NCBI RefSeq assembly: GCF_052425735.1
Contig: NC_135760.1
Location: forward strand, 13,330,001-13,394,000
Source of the DNA: Oculina patagonica
Lineage: Eukaryota
Direction of reading: 5' to 3'
DNA: 64,000 nt
The notes beneath the pieces were generated by a model. It had not been told where the DNA came from. It searched no databases and worked only from the letters and a program-made list of their open reading frames with translations. The position numbers and the translations under genes are program-made. Numbering within the stretch: the first letter of the stretch is position 1; each line of letters begins with the position of its first letter. Below, piece by piece: positions 35,753 through 49,200 of this stretch.

Positions 35753-38700
35753 TTAGTCCCAGCTTTCTCGCTCCTTGACGAATTCTTCTATTTTGGAAAA
35801 ATAATTCAGCTTCACCACCTCCTGTCGAGCTGTCTCCAAATCTCCTGGAAAGAGAAAAAAGTTGGAGAAGGTTGTTTTAATTTACAGATGAAAAAATCTG
35901 TCCAGCGATGGGAGTAAGAAGTTTTGTTATAGACTAGACGACTTTCATAAAATTTGAAAGTTATGACGCATTTTTTAGTAAAGTCGGTAACAGGATTTTT
36001 CTTAAGTAATTTGACCTGCTGAAAACGAAAATGCTTGTTACCAAAAATTATTTAGCGATCTTCAGTGTGAAAATGACGTCACAAAAAAGGCACCTAAAAT
36101 GACGTCATTGCACCGTTAATCCTAACCATAACTTCCAGAATATTAAAGCAATCACAATGAAACTTAGAGGATATATAGTTTGTTCGAAAATCTATCTTTT
36201 GTTATACGTCACGTGGGATGATTACGTCACATCACGTGAAAATTACATCATAATGTCAAAACAGGCGCCATCTTGGATCCGCCATCTTGAATTTCAAATT
36301 TTTTTCCAAAACGTCAGAAAATCGCCCAAAATTACTGAAAAGTACTCAAAATAAATAAAACGGTGCAAAACAAAAAACCTAAAAAGATTTTGTGTTCTAT
36401 TAATTTCATTAATAGAACACAAAAATCACACATTTTGGAAAACATTCCTGTCAAAATGTCATTGCCATTGTAATGTCAAGTTCCCCAAACAACAACCTAT
36501 CCTACCAAATTATTCCCAGATAAATTTTAGATAAACTCGCAAAGTTGGCAGTGTTCGGTTAAATCTTGAAAAAATTATAAGCGTTCAAAGTTAGCGCGGT
36601 TACTTCCCCCTCCCACCTTCCCCTACAGGTCTGGATAGGGTTAACTTTGTGGATAAAAATAGGTTCTAAGCCGTATGCACTATATTTGCATCTTTTTATA
36701 CCAAATAAATTGCCTCCAACCTAGTTCCTGCCTTTTTTTAGAATAGGCCACAGAAAGCATTCCAGGCAACCTGTGGCGCCACAGATATGATAATTGAAAT
36801 GCTGAATGAAAAATATAATAAATACTGTCGACTTTATAGGCTGTTCAACTGTGGCTAAAAGTTAAAGAAACAACTGAGATCTATACCTTTACCGTTATGG
36901 AATCTTCGTTGGGTCTATAAAAAGAAACGGTTTCATTTAAAAAATGCGAACACATTCCTTGGACGTTTCGCTATTAGGAAATAGTTATTTACATCTTTGC
37001 CTTATACTTATTCATATTGGCGGTGTTTTTGCTTCAAATATATCTTAGAAGAAATAAAAGTACTGAACAACCAGCTTTATAGGCAATGATAGGGCTTTTA
37101 AGTTATCGAAAGTTGGAGCGTTATTCTTGTGCATCGTGTCCCAGAATTTCATCTTTGACGATTCATCTTGCTCCTGTCAAGACACAGTTTCCAACCTTTT
37201 GCACCACAAATTCTCTCACCTGTTTTTGCTTTTTTGACCAAGCTCTTCGGTATTTAACAGCGACAGATCGTTCGTGGCAATGCTATAAAGTCAGGTTTGA
37301 TTTTCTGGTGGCGAAAATACTAATAATTACTTAAGGATGGCGAGCAATAAAGATTCATCCTTCTTGCCCCAATCTTTCCTACCAGGAGTAGACTTGTTGC
37401 GGGAAAACTTCTTGGCTCAATCCAAACATTGTGTGTGTAATATCAGCAATCTGTGACAGGGGATTATAGAACAGTGCCGCTCTACTCAATGCTGATTACT
37501 TCTTGGATATGTCCACGATCCCTCCTCCTCTTTTCCCTATCTCATTTAGCCATTCAAGACTGTGATCAGCACTGACCTGGTTGAATTTGCTTGCATTCCA
37601 TTTGAAAAGGAAGTTTCCCTTCATATGGCAACATCGGGCGGAAACTTGCAAGTACAGTCCCATATCCCCTCTCTATGAGCCCGTGTGAGAATTAAGAGGA
37701 TAGAGTCCATTTCCATGTAGTTCCAAGAAAACGTGAAATTGACCTTTTCTTCGGATCTTTGTGTTACAAATTCGTCGTCAAGGGCATATTTTTCTTTTCC
37801 AAAATTTGTAATTTTGTGTTCTATTAATGAAATTAAATTAACATTAATGCAATTATTTTCACCTTTTTAGTTTTTTGCAACGTTTTATTTATTTTGAGTA
37901 CTTTTTTAGTAATTTTGGGCGATTTTCTGACGTCTTGGGAAAATTGTGAAATCCAAGATGGCGGATCCAAGATGGCGCCTGTTTTGACATCATGATGTAA
38001 TTGTCACGTCATGTGACGTAACCATTACACATGACGTATTATAAAAAATAGATTTTTGGACATACTATATATCCTCTAAATTTCATTGTGATTGCTTTAA
38101 TATTCAGGAAGTTACGGATAGGGTTAACGGTGTAATGACGTCATCTTAGGTGTCTTTATTTGTGACGTCATTTTGAGATTGAAGATCGCAAAAAAAATTT
38201 TGGTAACAAGCATTTTCGTTTTCAGCAGGTCAAATTACTTAAGAAAACTACTGTTACCAACTTTTACTAAAAAATGCCCCTTCATTTTTCTGAGAATGAC
38301 TTTACGCAAATGCCGACTAGTCTATTATGCAGAATCTCGCCGTTATGCTTTGAAAGCAAGACGCTTTGCATGCACGTGGCTAAACATGGTTATCGCGTCA
38401 CATTACTTGTAAATAAGCCTGTCGTTTCCTTCAGTGGCTGCTAATGGCATATCTATGTTGCAACAGGCATAGCCCGAATTTCAGCCGTTTCTAATCATTT
38501 TCTGTCAGCAGTAAGCGACCACAGATAATTGCTAAAGTTCAGGCTTCCAGTAGAATTGCAGAGGGAGAGAGAGAGAGAAAAAGTGAGGTCGTCCGTGGGT
38601 ATCAATCAACACAACGTTTCCAAATCAAATATTTACCTTTCTTGAAAGCGCTTGAAACACTTTGAAGGCACTTCTTCAGATCTCCTGAAAACGAAGATTA

Positions 38701-41700
38701 AAAGTAACTGACCAGACTTGCTCCTTGTCACTCATTGTTAGAGTCTTACCCTAATATACCTCTGGTTTATGTGAGTGCAGATGAAAATGACTGAGAAACA
38801 AATGCTGCTTTGCATGCAATAAAATATATACTAGTTATGCAACGCTTTCGAGTGGTATACTGTGGAATATCCCACTTGTCACTTGTATTTTCTTGGTATA
38901 CACACTCGCCTAAAGGCTCGTGTGTATACCGAGAAAATACAAGTGACAAGTGGGATATTCCACAGTATACCACGAGAAAGTGTTGTGTAACTATTTTATA
39001 CCATGCCATAGAAAATACGCTTACTAAATCTCGTTGAGAATACAATCGCAGCGCTGATGGGAAGGTTGGGTTGAATACCGTCGAATATACAACGGCTTTC
39101 CTGTATTCTGATTGGCTGTATTTTCTATGGCATGGTATAAATCCCTGTACCCCACTGAGTGTAAGTGAACTCAATCAACTCGGACCAAGTCTAAAATTAG
39201 GAACGTTTATCCAGTAGTTCTATTAGTTATGAGTTTTACCAAGGTTTCTTTTTGAGATTTTTTTAACTTCCAAATTTAAAACACTAACCTTGATTCTTAA
39301 CACGTTACAATATTACTTATTGTATTAAAAGGTACAAACATACCATTATTTTCTTGATAGACTTCCTTTGCTTTCTCATCATCTGATGTAATTTTTTCAT
39401 ATTTTTCCATTATTTCATCCAAGAATACTACGTCTGTTGATATTGCTTCTTCTTCTGTAATTGGCAACCCATGTAAATTTAACTGTGAAGAAAAAAAATA
39501 CCTTAATTCTTAATAACATTAATAATGACACTCATTAGGGGACATTGGGCTTGGCAATAAATTATAGTTGTTTCTAAGACCATTTCTAAACCCATTCTTT
39601 GCTTAATTATCTTTTTAGAAGAGTTCTACATTTGTTGTTTGATGTTTAGCTGTAGGTTTTTCTGCAAATTGAAGTTGGCTCCCAACAAAGAGAACAGAAC
39701 TAACAAGTTACACTGTTGACATATATTAAAGAATATGGACAAGTTAAAGTTACCAAAAAGCGAACAAGCGATTACTTCTTCAGACTTTTTTTTGGTGACG
39801 AGTGAATGAAAACTGTTTCTGCCAGTTATTACTTGCTTGGGGAATAAAGCATAATGTAGGTTGTAATTCGATAATGCAATTTTGTCCTTTTTGTCATCAG
39901 CTTTTGTCTTGAGGGGTGGGGGGGGGGGGGGATTTGCTAAAAAATGAAAACCATGCTTGAAAGTTCTGGTTAGTAGAAAATTGGTTTTGGCTAGTGAAAT
40001 CAAAGGTGTTACTAGCCAATAAGTTAGTAGAAAAGTTAGTCTCAAGCCCTGCACTTTATTTGGCAAATGTGACAGACTAAGTGGGTGTTAATGAGCTGAT
40101 GCTGACTTACGAGATACAGGCTTCTCTTGAGTGGCTTCAGAAGAGTGTGATAAGCTTCATTTACCAGCGATGACTGCTCTTCAGACAGACTTTTCTCCTC
40201 CTATATATGATTAAAACATTATGATGACATTCATAAAATACATACAAAATGTACCACATACAGGGCACGGTATTTGAGTTTTTCAGTCTGGAACAGGGTA
40301 TTTAAACTCTGTTGTTTTGGTTTGTAACATTTGGTGTAATAATTTCTGGGATCTGAGCAAGGAAATATGTCTGGCATGCATAAGCAAATGTCGATTTTAT
40401 CTCAAGCATAAGTACAACAACAAAGCAGTAAACTTAAAAATTATGTTACCAAAATTCAGCCTAGCTTATGTGTACCATTTTCCCAATAATTTTTGCGGGC
40501 CCAAGAGAGGCCCGCAACCCTAATCTTGACAGTGACCAGCGGATTGCGTTTTACGCGTGCGCGCCACGTTAATAAAAAGCGAACAGAAAACGGAAGTTGA
40601 AAATTTTGTTCTTCCACTAAGAACGATCGGAATGCGAAAAATGTGTCAATCACGACAGTTTGTCGTAACACCGGAAGAGAAAATCTGTTCTCCAAGAACG
40701 ATTGTCACATAAGATCTAAGGCTTCTGTCACATGGAAGATTGCAAACATTACAATTTGCAGACTTGTTTTACGGGTGTTGCTTTTGCGAAAATTTGCTCT
40801 GATTGTATCACGCATAAACCACGGCAAAGCGAATGATTCCAACAACGGTTATTCTCAAGAAATTCGTTATAACACTGACAACATAGCGAGTTTATCGACC
40901 GAGGAAAATCACATCTCAATTCACACCGCGTGCTCGACTACAGTTCACTAAACTGTCAATCCAACAAAAAACAACTCTGACTGGTTCGCGGCCGGTTAGC
41001 CGCAATTAAGTGTGACTTATCATTAATTGCGCCACGTTAATAAAAGGCGAGCACAACATAGCGAAAAGCAAAAAGGACCCCCAACTTTTTGGAACTGGGG
41101 GTCCCAAGGACCCTTAACTTTCAAAACTAGTGGGAACTCTGCTAAGGGTTGTAAGAATAGCATGATGTTTTTGTTTTAAAGGGTTCAGCAGCACATCCTC
41201 AAATTTTAAAGTGCTTCCCACCCCTTCCCCAGGCCCCTTACACATTCCTTCTCAAGGACTAAATCTTGCATTAGGCAATTTTCAAAGCTGGCTCTGAGAC
41301 TCAGAGGAATAAAACGAATGAATCACTGACTTAACACTCAATAACAACACGCTTCTTTTGGTATTATTTTTCCTGAGATGGAGCCAAGGTAACATTTTTA
41401 CATAATATTATTTTGAAAATACTGGTAGTCTGCATTTGATCTACATACCTTATTATAGGAAATTAACGATACATGTTATTAACGCGAATTTCAAAAATTG
41501 GCGTTAATTTTATGTATGTTAACTTTTTTACTATAAGCATTTGACCAGAACTTTTCCTAAATTCGCGTTAATTTTATTACGCGTAAATTTTGTTCGCGTT
41601 GTTAAAATGCCTTGTTATATTCCTATAATAAGGTAGTATGCAATACCTTGGACAGCTCACTAAACTTATCAGGGTGTAGTTTCCATTGTAGTTTTTTATA

Positions 41701-43084
41701 CTCTTCTGCCAGCTGTGTTGTGTTGACGTCAAATGTCTTGGGGCTACATCAAGAGAATAACATAATTATGGAGAAACAATTAAACGCAATTAACCGAAAT
41801 GTTATCCAGGAAATATCCATACAAAATGCCCCAAGGATGGCCAATGGAAATTGTGAGTGTAGGTCAAAGATTTTAAATGGCAATGTGAAGTGAAATTGGA
41901 ATTTCCACAGGGGTAGCGTGTTCGAACTAAAGAAAACCTGTCTGTGGGAGGAGTATGGATATTTTCTGGTACATCTATTTACGAATAGATCTTTTTACCA
42001 CCGCAACAACCATTTTGATTTTTATTGTTTTGAAAGACATTATGGGATGCTCATGGGACAAATAATTATTAATAACTATTTGCCCCTCCCCTCCCCACCC
42101 CCGAGCAACCCATATACCGTATTTTCTTGATTAAACGCCGGGCCCCGAATAAACGCCGGTTCTCCAAGGTAGAGTGGTAAGTAAGCCTTTTAGGCATTTA
42201 TTTGAGGTGTGATATGCTTTAGGTATGATGTCAAGATACCGTACATTCATGTCACAAATAATGATTAAAACCCCTTTTTTAATAAACGTTTTGCTCAAAT
42301 AAACTGCACCATTCAAATAAACGCCGGATCCACAGAGCCAAGTTTGAAATAAACGCCGGGGGCGTTTAATTGAGAAAATACGGTATAATAGCCATTTGAA
42401 ACAAAAGAAATTAAAATGGCCACCATATCGGTAAAAAATGAAGACAGGCAGTTTTTTGGGGGTGGGGGATATGGCTAGGGTGGAGGCATTTGAACAGCTT
42501 GCATTTGCTTACCATAGAGGGGGGGGGGAGTAGAATTGACTGATGTGAGACCCCATGTGAGACCAACCAAGAAGTCATCTTATTAAACGATAAACACTGA
42601 AATTGCAGTCAGGAATATTCATAACTCAAATATTTGTCTGTCACTGACTATTATCAAACGTTTTTAACAACGTTTGTTTGAAACGTTTGATAACAACGTT
42701 TTTTAACAACGTTTGTTTGAAACGTTTGTTAAAAACGTTTGATAATAGTCAGTGACAGACTAATAATTGAGATAAGTCATCTTATATTTGCTTGGACTTG
42801 CTTGCATTGAATACTAACCTGTTCATCAGCTCAAAATACGTCGCCTTCTTTGATGGACTTTGAATAATGTTGCAAGAAGGGCAGAAGAACTCTACTGCTG
42901 CTTTGATCTCTGCGTTACACTTCCAACATCTTTTGTCTTTCAGCCGTTCACTTGTCGCGCTGCTAGCACACATCTTGTATTGTCCAGTTGGCAGCCATGA
43001 GTTTCTTGAGCGAGAAATCGAATTATTTATGGTGCCTCTTGGCAATAAAGCAGCGATCATCGGAATAAATCGTCTACTGGACAT
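35753..43084 (-). CDS. HSCB: Iron-sulfur cluster co-chaperone HscB (HSC20)
   Basis: Exons 43084-42819, 41743-41647, 40200-40111, 39482-39344, 38684-38637, 35844-35753. Presequence-like N-terminus, CWKC..CPSC finger, J-domain LHPDKF, SSLVNEAYHTLLKPL and C-terminal KLNYF. Confidence 0.93.
35930..38324 (-). mobile_element. Academ (AcademX-type) deletion derivative with about 500-bp TIRs, in last HSCB intron
   Basis: TAG..CTA ends, 3-bp TSD TTA, long mirrored arms (35930 to about 36440; about 37805 to 38324). Minus-strand remnant GNFLFKWNASKFNQVSADHSLEWLNEIGKRGGGIVDI at about 37500-37620. Confidence 0.75.
38825..39141. mobile_element. Double-hairpin non-autonomous element (Crypton-like architecture)
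   Basis: About 70-bp palindrome arms around ctcgcctaaaggctcg, then IR tataccatgccatagaaaatac / gtattttctatggcatggtata. Confidence 0.6.
40492..41050 (+). mobile_element. 3'-truncated copy of the Helentron-like element at 56678-57488
   Basis: About 550 bp nearly identical (inverted) to about 56930-57486. Confidence 0.8.
41448..41633 (-). mobile_element. Short TA-flanked MITE (family of 8935-9122)
   Basis: Reverse-oriented near-identical copy; ends 13 nt from the HSCB exon 2 donor. Confidence 0.8.
42117..42383. mobile_element. TA-flanked pogo-type MITE
   Basis: ta|ccgtattttcttgattaaacgcc / ggcgtttaattgagaaaatacgg|ta; aataaacgcc repeats. Confidence 0.75.
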
Positions 43085-43239
43085 GTTGTATTGCTTATAG
43101 CTCCACGCAAATAAAAAGACTGTTACAGCAACTGCGGAACCTCAACTTCAACTTGCATCACTTACTAGAGGACATCAAATGATTCTTACACAAAGTACTA
43201 ATCGTTTCCAGTATGGCCTGGTTCCAAAGGTCAACAAAG

Positions 43240-46200
43240 ATGGCGACGAAAATGTCAAGACATATACTATCTTCTTTTACTTCTCCAAAAAGTTATATTT
43301 CTTGTGTTTTGCCTCGGTTAACAAGTCAAAATTGTATAAGAGTGAGAAGACATGTATCAAGCCTCGCTACACTTCCGGAAACACACGAAATGCTTAGGAA
43401 AACATGTCGGGATTTTGCGGACAAGGAACTCGCTCCCATTGCTGCGAGTCTGGATAAAGAGCATAAATATCCTGAGGAGCAGGTAAAGAATATGAGACTC
43501 TGAAACAATTTGAATTATCACAGCAACATTGTGGTTATGGAACGTTGGTGTACTTGAAGCTTAAGGGTATTAGCTTTGTAAGGTATTAGCTTTATTCTTA
43601 TGTAATGCACCTATCAATGTTAAGCCCGAGGGGGGGGGGGGGTCGGGCAAGGGGTGGGGATTTTGACATTTTCTATAAAAAAATGTCAAATTCCCCACCC
43701 CCGGGACAAAATAATTGGTCAAAATCCCCATGAAATGTGGTCAAATGTCCTTCAAACCTTCATATACGACCCGAAAATCCCTACCCTGGGGCCATCACGT
43801 ACGATCAAAATCCCTACCGTGGGGACCTACCTCACGATCAAATTCCCGTGGTTAGCCCGACCCCCCCCCCCCGTCGGGCTTAACATTGATAGGTGCATAA
43901 GCTTAACCCCATATAATTTCACATAAGCTTAAAAAGTGCAATACCGGTAATATCCTTCAGATATTCACTCTGCAAGTTCTGTTATGTCAGGAGCCCATCA
44001 ACTGGAGCCTTCATCTCCCATACTAACCCTTGGAGTCAACCCTTTCCCGTATTAATTTATTTTTAGAACTAATCTCCCGGGGTCTCGCGCGGGAGATTTC
44101 GCACCTCTGTCAATCATTTGTCGCATTCCGCTGTGGCTACGCAAGCTGTGATATCTAAAATGATAGCGAAACGAGAAGGAAAGACTGCAGAATGTTGTTC
44201 CTTGTCGTCCTCTAAATTCAGTATTTCTTCGAAGGAAGACATCAAGTAATGCTATGACTAAAAAACTGCGGAATTTTGTACAGGTCTGTCGAAAAAGTAA
44301 GAACAATTATTCGAATCGAAAGGCGCCGAGACCGATCTCGCAACTGCGAAATTACGAATATATTTTGAAAAGAGGATGGATAGGCGCAACAGATCGGTCA
44401 ATATTATTTGCCGTGTAATTCTTCCGATAAGAAGGCAGCTTGATAAAAGGTTAATCGATTCTAATCGTTGTTGTGAAAAATAAATTTTACTGGGTTGTAA
44501 ACATTCACACTAAACGAACGTATCAATGGTATATATAAATTTATAAACAAGGTACGCACTTTGGCCTGTACCAACACATTGCAAATCAAATCCTACAAGG
44601 CATTCGAAACTCTGAGTGACAATAATTCAGACAAGCGCTAGCTTGTGAACCCTTCGTGGCGAAGACACTAGACAAACATTAGAATAAAAAATATCTAAAC
44701 AGCCGTTCCGGCTAAACGACCCATTCGGCTTTAGATAGTACAGGCATAGAGTTCTCTTTGGAAACATACAAAGCGAAAGAAATGTACGGGGAATAAAATA
44801 AGCGGATCACACGGTCTCTAACCGAAGAAAGATGTAACATTCAGGCCGTTGGCCTGTACGCGTATATTTTTAAAATTGTAAGATGCGCAATATCTCACCT
44901 CTGCAACAGCGACTCAACGATCTCTGCCATAATTCCAGTTGCAACTTTAGAAGTAACAAACACATATCATTTTCCTGAGGTTTTATTCGAAGCATGATGA
45001 TCTTATATTGGCTGGATCTTGGAGCATACGGATAGTCAAAATGTGCATCGAAGTCATCACGTTTGTAGTGTTCGTCGCCGTATCAAAGAACACGCGTTTG
45101 CCACAGCTCGGCCCATATTAAATTATTTCTGCTTTCGTTCGGGAATATCTCTTACAAATCCAGCGTCAAATCTCACAGTACTGTTTACGTCTAACACTGC
45201 ATGTAATTAGTCCGTGCAAACCAGAAATCAATAAGATTCAAACAAGCAACTGAAGCAATTACATATTTCCGATCAACGCCATGACTAAACTGACTTCGTT
45301 TTCAAGGACAAAAAGTGGTTTATTAATTAACTTTTAACCGTTATTCATTCACGAGTAAACCAGGCTCTCTCGTCTGTAAAATCAGGAAAGAAGCAAAATT
45401 ATAAAGGAAAACGGACAGGGAATGTGCGTACGACATTGGCCGCCATTTTTTTTTTTTTTTACATCGTCGCCCTAGCTACGCTGCATGTGGTCTGACCACA
45501 GGAGCAATGTTTTCGCGGGAAATGTGTTTCTAAAAATAAAAATATACGGGAAAGGGTTGACTCAAGGGTACAGTACGTATGGAGGCTCCAGTTGATGGGC
45601 TCCTGGTTATGTGCAAAATATGCCACCGCTTGAAAATTGCTATAGAAAAAAGTTTATGCATGTAACATTGGCACCAGTGACCCCCACCCCACCCCCAACC
45701 CAACCTCATCAGCCATCCCATAGGGCCACACTCTGTTCACACTTGGTGCATAGTACCCTAGTACAATGGTTTGCTGGGCAAAAATGTGAAAATAACTTTT
45801 TTCAAGTACCCATGCCAGAATTTGGGTATGGCCATCGTGCCCAAGTACGAGAGATGGGCACCCAAGGGTACTTGGATATCTAGTGTCTGAACATCATTTT
45901 GTGCCAGTGTCCAGGCACTAGTACTCAGGCACCAAGTGTGAACATAGCCTAAAGGAGGTGTGGGTACTTGGGGGAAAAGAGAGCATGCCTAGTCTATTTG
46001 AGATGGGGAAAAAAAGAGAACAAGAAACAGGTTTTCAAATGTGGCGGAAACCAGGAATTAAAAGTACAGTGAGCAGGCAACTGGTAACTCCCTTGATTTC
46101 ACAAAATTTTTAATTTCTTCAGATATAACCCTTGCACAATCTCCCAGTCAGTTTTAATATCTGACAATAACCCCCAGGGGGTACTTAATAAAATCTTAAA

Positions 46201-49200
46201 ATCTTCATGAAATTGCTTAATAAGCTATGTTTAATGTTGAACATCACTTTAAACAGGTGAGAAAAATTGGAGAACTTGGCCTGTTGTCAATGGAAGTTCC
46301 AGAATCATTGGGAGGTTCAGGATTGGATTATCTGGCATATGCCATAGGAATGGAAGAAATCAGTCGAGGCTGTGCGTCAACTGGTGTTATCATGAGTGTT
46401 AATAATGTAAGTATGTAACCTTTTAAACAGTCCTTATTATTTTATAAGAAAGTAAAGTTTACATTTATTTTTACGAATGGTTTGGGGTTTTTCTTTTAAA
46501 AATAAACAATGAAATGTACTGTCTCTGTAAGTATAGTATATAACATCCTATAGGATATCCAGAATTTAATGTCAAAGCTTTAATATGAGTGTTTTATTAG
46601 TTTCCATTGGTATCTTTGCAGTCTCTTTACCTTGGCCCTCTACTAAAATATGGAACAGATGAGCAGAAGAAGAAATGGGTGACTCCTTTCTGCTCTGGTG
46701 AAAGGGTTGGCTGCTTTGCTCTTAGTGAACCAGGTACCTTAAAACATAATTTGTTTTGTTAGTGGACCAAAAAGTAAAAGCTGCATTTGTTTCATTTCTT
46801 GACTCTGAAGATGACTTTTGCTCAGGTTGTTGAAACGTCAGTCACCAACCACAGTTCTTTTTGAACTACAGTACTCTCACCTGGCTGATCACACTTTACG
46901 ACCTAAAGTGTTTAGTATTAGCAATGCAATGGCTCTGTACTTTCTTTTTTTAACAGGTGACATAATCATAAAGTTCTTAATTTAGTATCAAGTCAGTGTT
47001 TGTTGTCACTTTAGCCTGCGTAGCTGGCGGGAGTGTCGTGTGCGAGTGCTTGCTTTGAGCGGGCGAAGCCCGCGTGTGTGAGCGGCGAAGCCGCGATCCG
47101 AGTCCTCCCCAATTCCCTCGCGGCTCGCTCCAAATTCCTTGCGGCTCCGCGGTTCCCTCTCAAAGCAAGCACTCGCACTCGAATCCCGCCAGCTACGCAG
47201 GCTATTGTCACTTTCACCGTAGTGGTACATGAACTGATCACATGCCAGATCAAAGTTCAAGCTGTAATTACCCTTGCACAATGATGAGGCTTAATTAATT
47301 TTTTGTGTTTATATTTTAAGACAATGGTAGTGATGCTGGAGCTGCTAAGACCACTGCAAAGTTAGAAGGGGATCACTGGGTCTTAAATGGAACAAAAGCT
47401 TGGATCACTAATGGCTATGAATCTGAGGCAACAGTGGTGTTTGCTACTACTGACAGATCAAAGAAACACAAAGGCATCAGTGCATTCATTGTACCCAAAC
47501 CAACTGAAGGGCTGACTCTGGGAAAGAAGGAAGATAAGTTGGGAATAAGGGCCTCTTCTACATGCTCTCTGATCTTTGAAAACTGTCACATTCCAAAAGA
47601 AAATTTACTTGGAGAGCCTGGCCTTGGATTCAAAATAGCAATGGTTAGTACATAACCTTACAGTGACAAATTATGTTAAAAATTTTGATCTGGATGTTTT
47701 CATTTGCTGATTCAGTATTCTGCAAGATAGTGGTGTTTTATTGTTTATCTTGTGTTCTTTCTCAGGCCACACTTGATGCAGGTCGTATTGGTGTAGCTGG
47801 CCAAGCGTTAGGGATAGCTCAGGTATATTTTCTTTTAAACTGCACTTCCACTGTTTAATGACCTACAAATGTGACATGCTCTTGCCATGCTTTTACAAAT
47901 GTCATAATTTTTTCTTTAACAAGCGCCAGACTGTCATTCATATAATTGTCAACATGTTTATTTCAGGCTGCCCTTGACTGTGCCATTGACTATGCACAGA
48001 AAAGATTTGCCTTTGATCAGCCAATTGCAAGCTTTCAAGCAATTCAGGTAACAAGAGCCTTGCATGCACACTATGTAGAGTTCCTTTCGAAAGTCAAGAG
48101 ACTAAACCTGTTCACTATGATTATGAAATGTTTGAAAACCTGTGTACTGCTTTCAGACAAGTTCTTTTGAGTTGTATTGTTGTATTGCCGTACCATATTA
48201 CGCACTATATAGATGAAGCTAGCTGATATGGAGCTCAAGTTAGAAAGTGCTAGGTTACTGACTTGGAAAGCAGCAATGTTGAAAGATGCAGGGGAGAACT
48301 ACACTAAGGTACTGTGTAACAATTTTGTATTTATTTTTAGATAATGTTGCAGAATTGATCTTTTGAACTAGACATGTACAGGGTTTGGAGTCGTGAATGA
48401 CCTGTTTCTGAGAAAACACAAGACTGTACACAAGACTGTCTAGCAGACAATACAGTCGGGGGAATAAGTGCTAGTTGAAGCACTCAAACAGTTTCCAAAT
48501 TATTTTATCCAATCAAAACCAAGTGCGAGTACTCAAGAGTACTCCAAAAGCAATCACACAAACAAATATGTCATATGCTTAGCAACTTCTGGGATGAACA
48601 CTGCAGGCTTAGTCCAACCTCGGAGGTGGGATTTCATAAAAAATCTGGCACTTATTTCCCCGACTGATAAAGACAATTTATTATTTGCTAAAAAAATACC
48701 GTATTGTGCTACATCTGCAGGCAAGTGAAACACCTAGTTGATTACTTTCTCATTGAAGTAAATGTTTTTATTGTAAAATGGGCACTGTTTCGACAGACAC
48801 TTACATGTAAGTTTTTGAGCCAGAAGCAGCTATCGTAGCCTCCCACGCAGTTGTTCTTAGGGGCGATCGTGTTTCACTCCTCCCCACGAACGGTAATTTT
48901 TCATTAATCCCAATTTTTCTTTTCACAGGAGGCAGCAATGGCAAAACTTGCAGCATCTGAAGCTGCTACATTTATATCACATCAGGTACTTTCTATTTCT
49001 CCTTAACTTTTTTATCAAGCCCCCATTATTATCACAGCTTCATGTTCATACATGTATGACACTACAATCATCTTCCACTCACCAATGGAGAAAAAAATTC
49101 AAACATTGAATGTTTATGTTCAGCACCTTATAACCCTTTTGGAACCAAGCTCAAACTTTGAAATCTCTACACCAATTGGCATACATTTCATTTTGTGTTG

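Noticed and set aside
47321-47340. ACADS motif reads EPDNGSDA instead of EPGNGSDA
   Set aside because: That position varies among acyl-CoA dehydrogenases (EPxxGSD) and the frame across the junction is intact.
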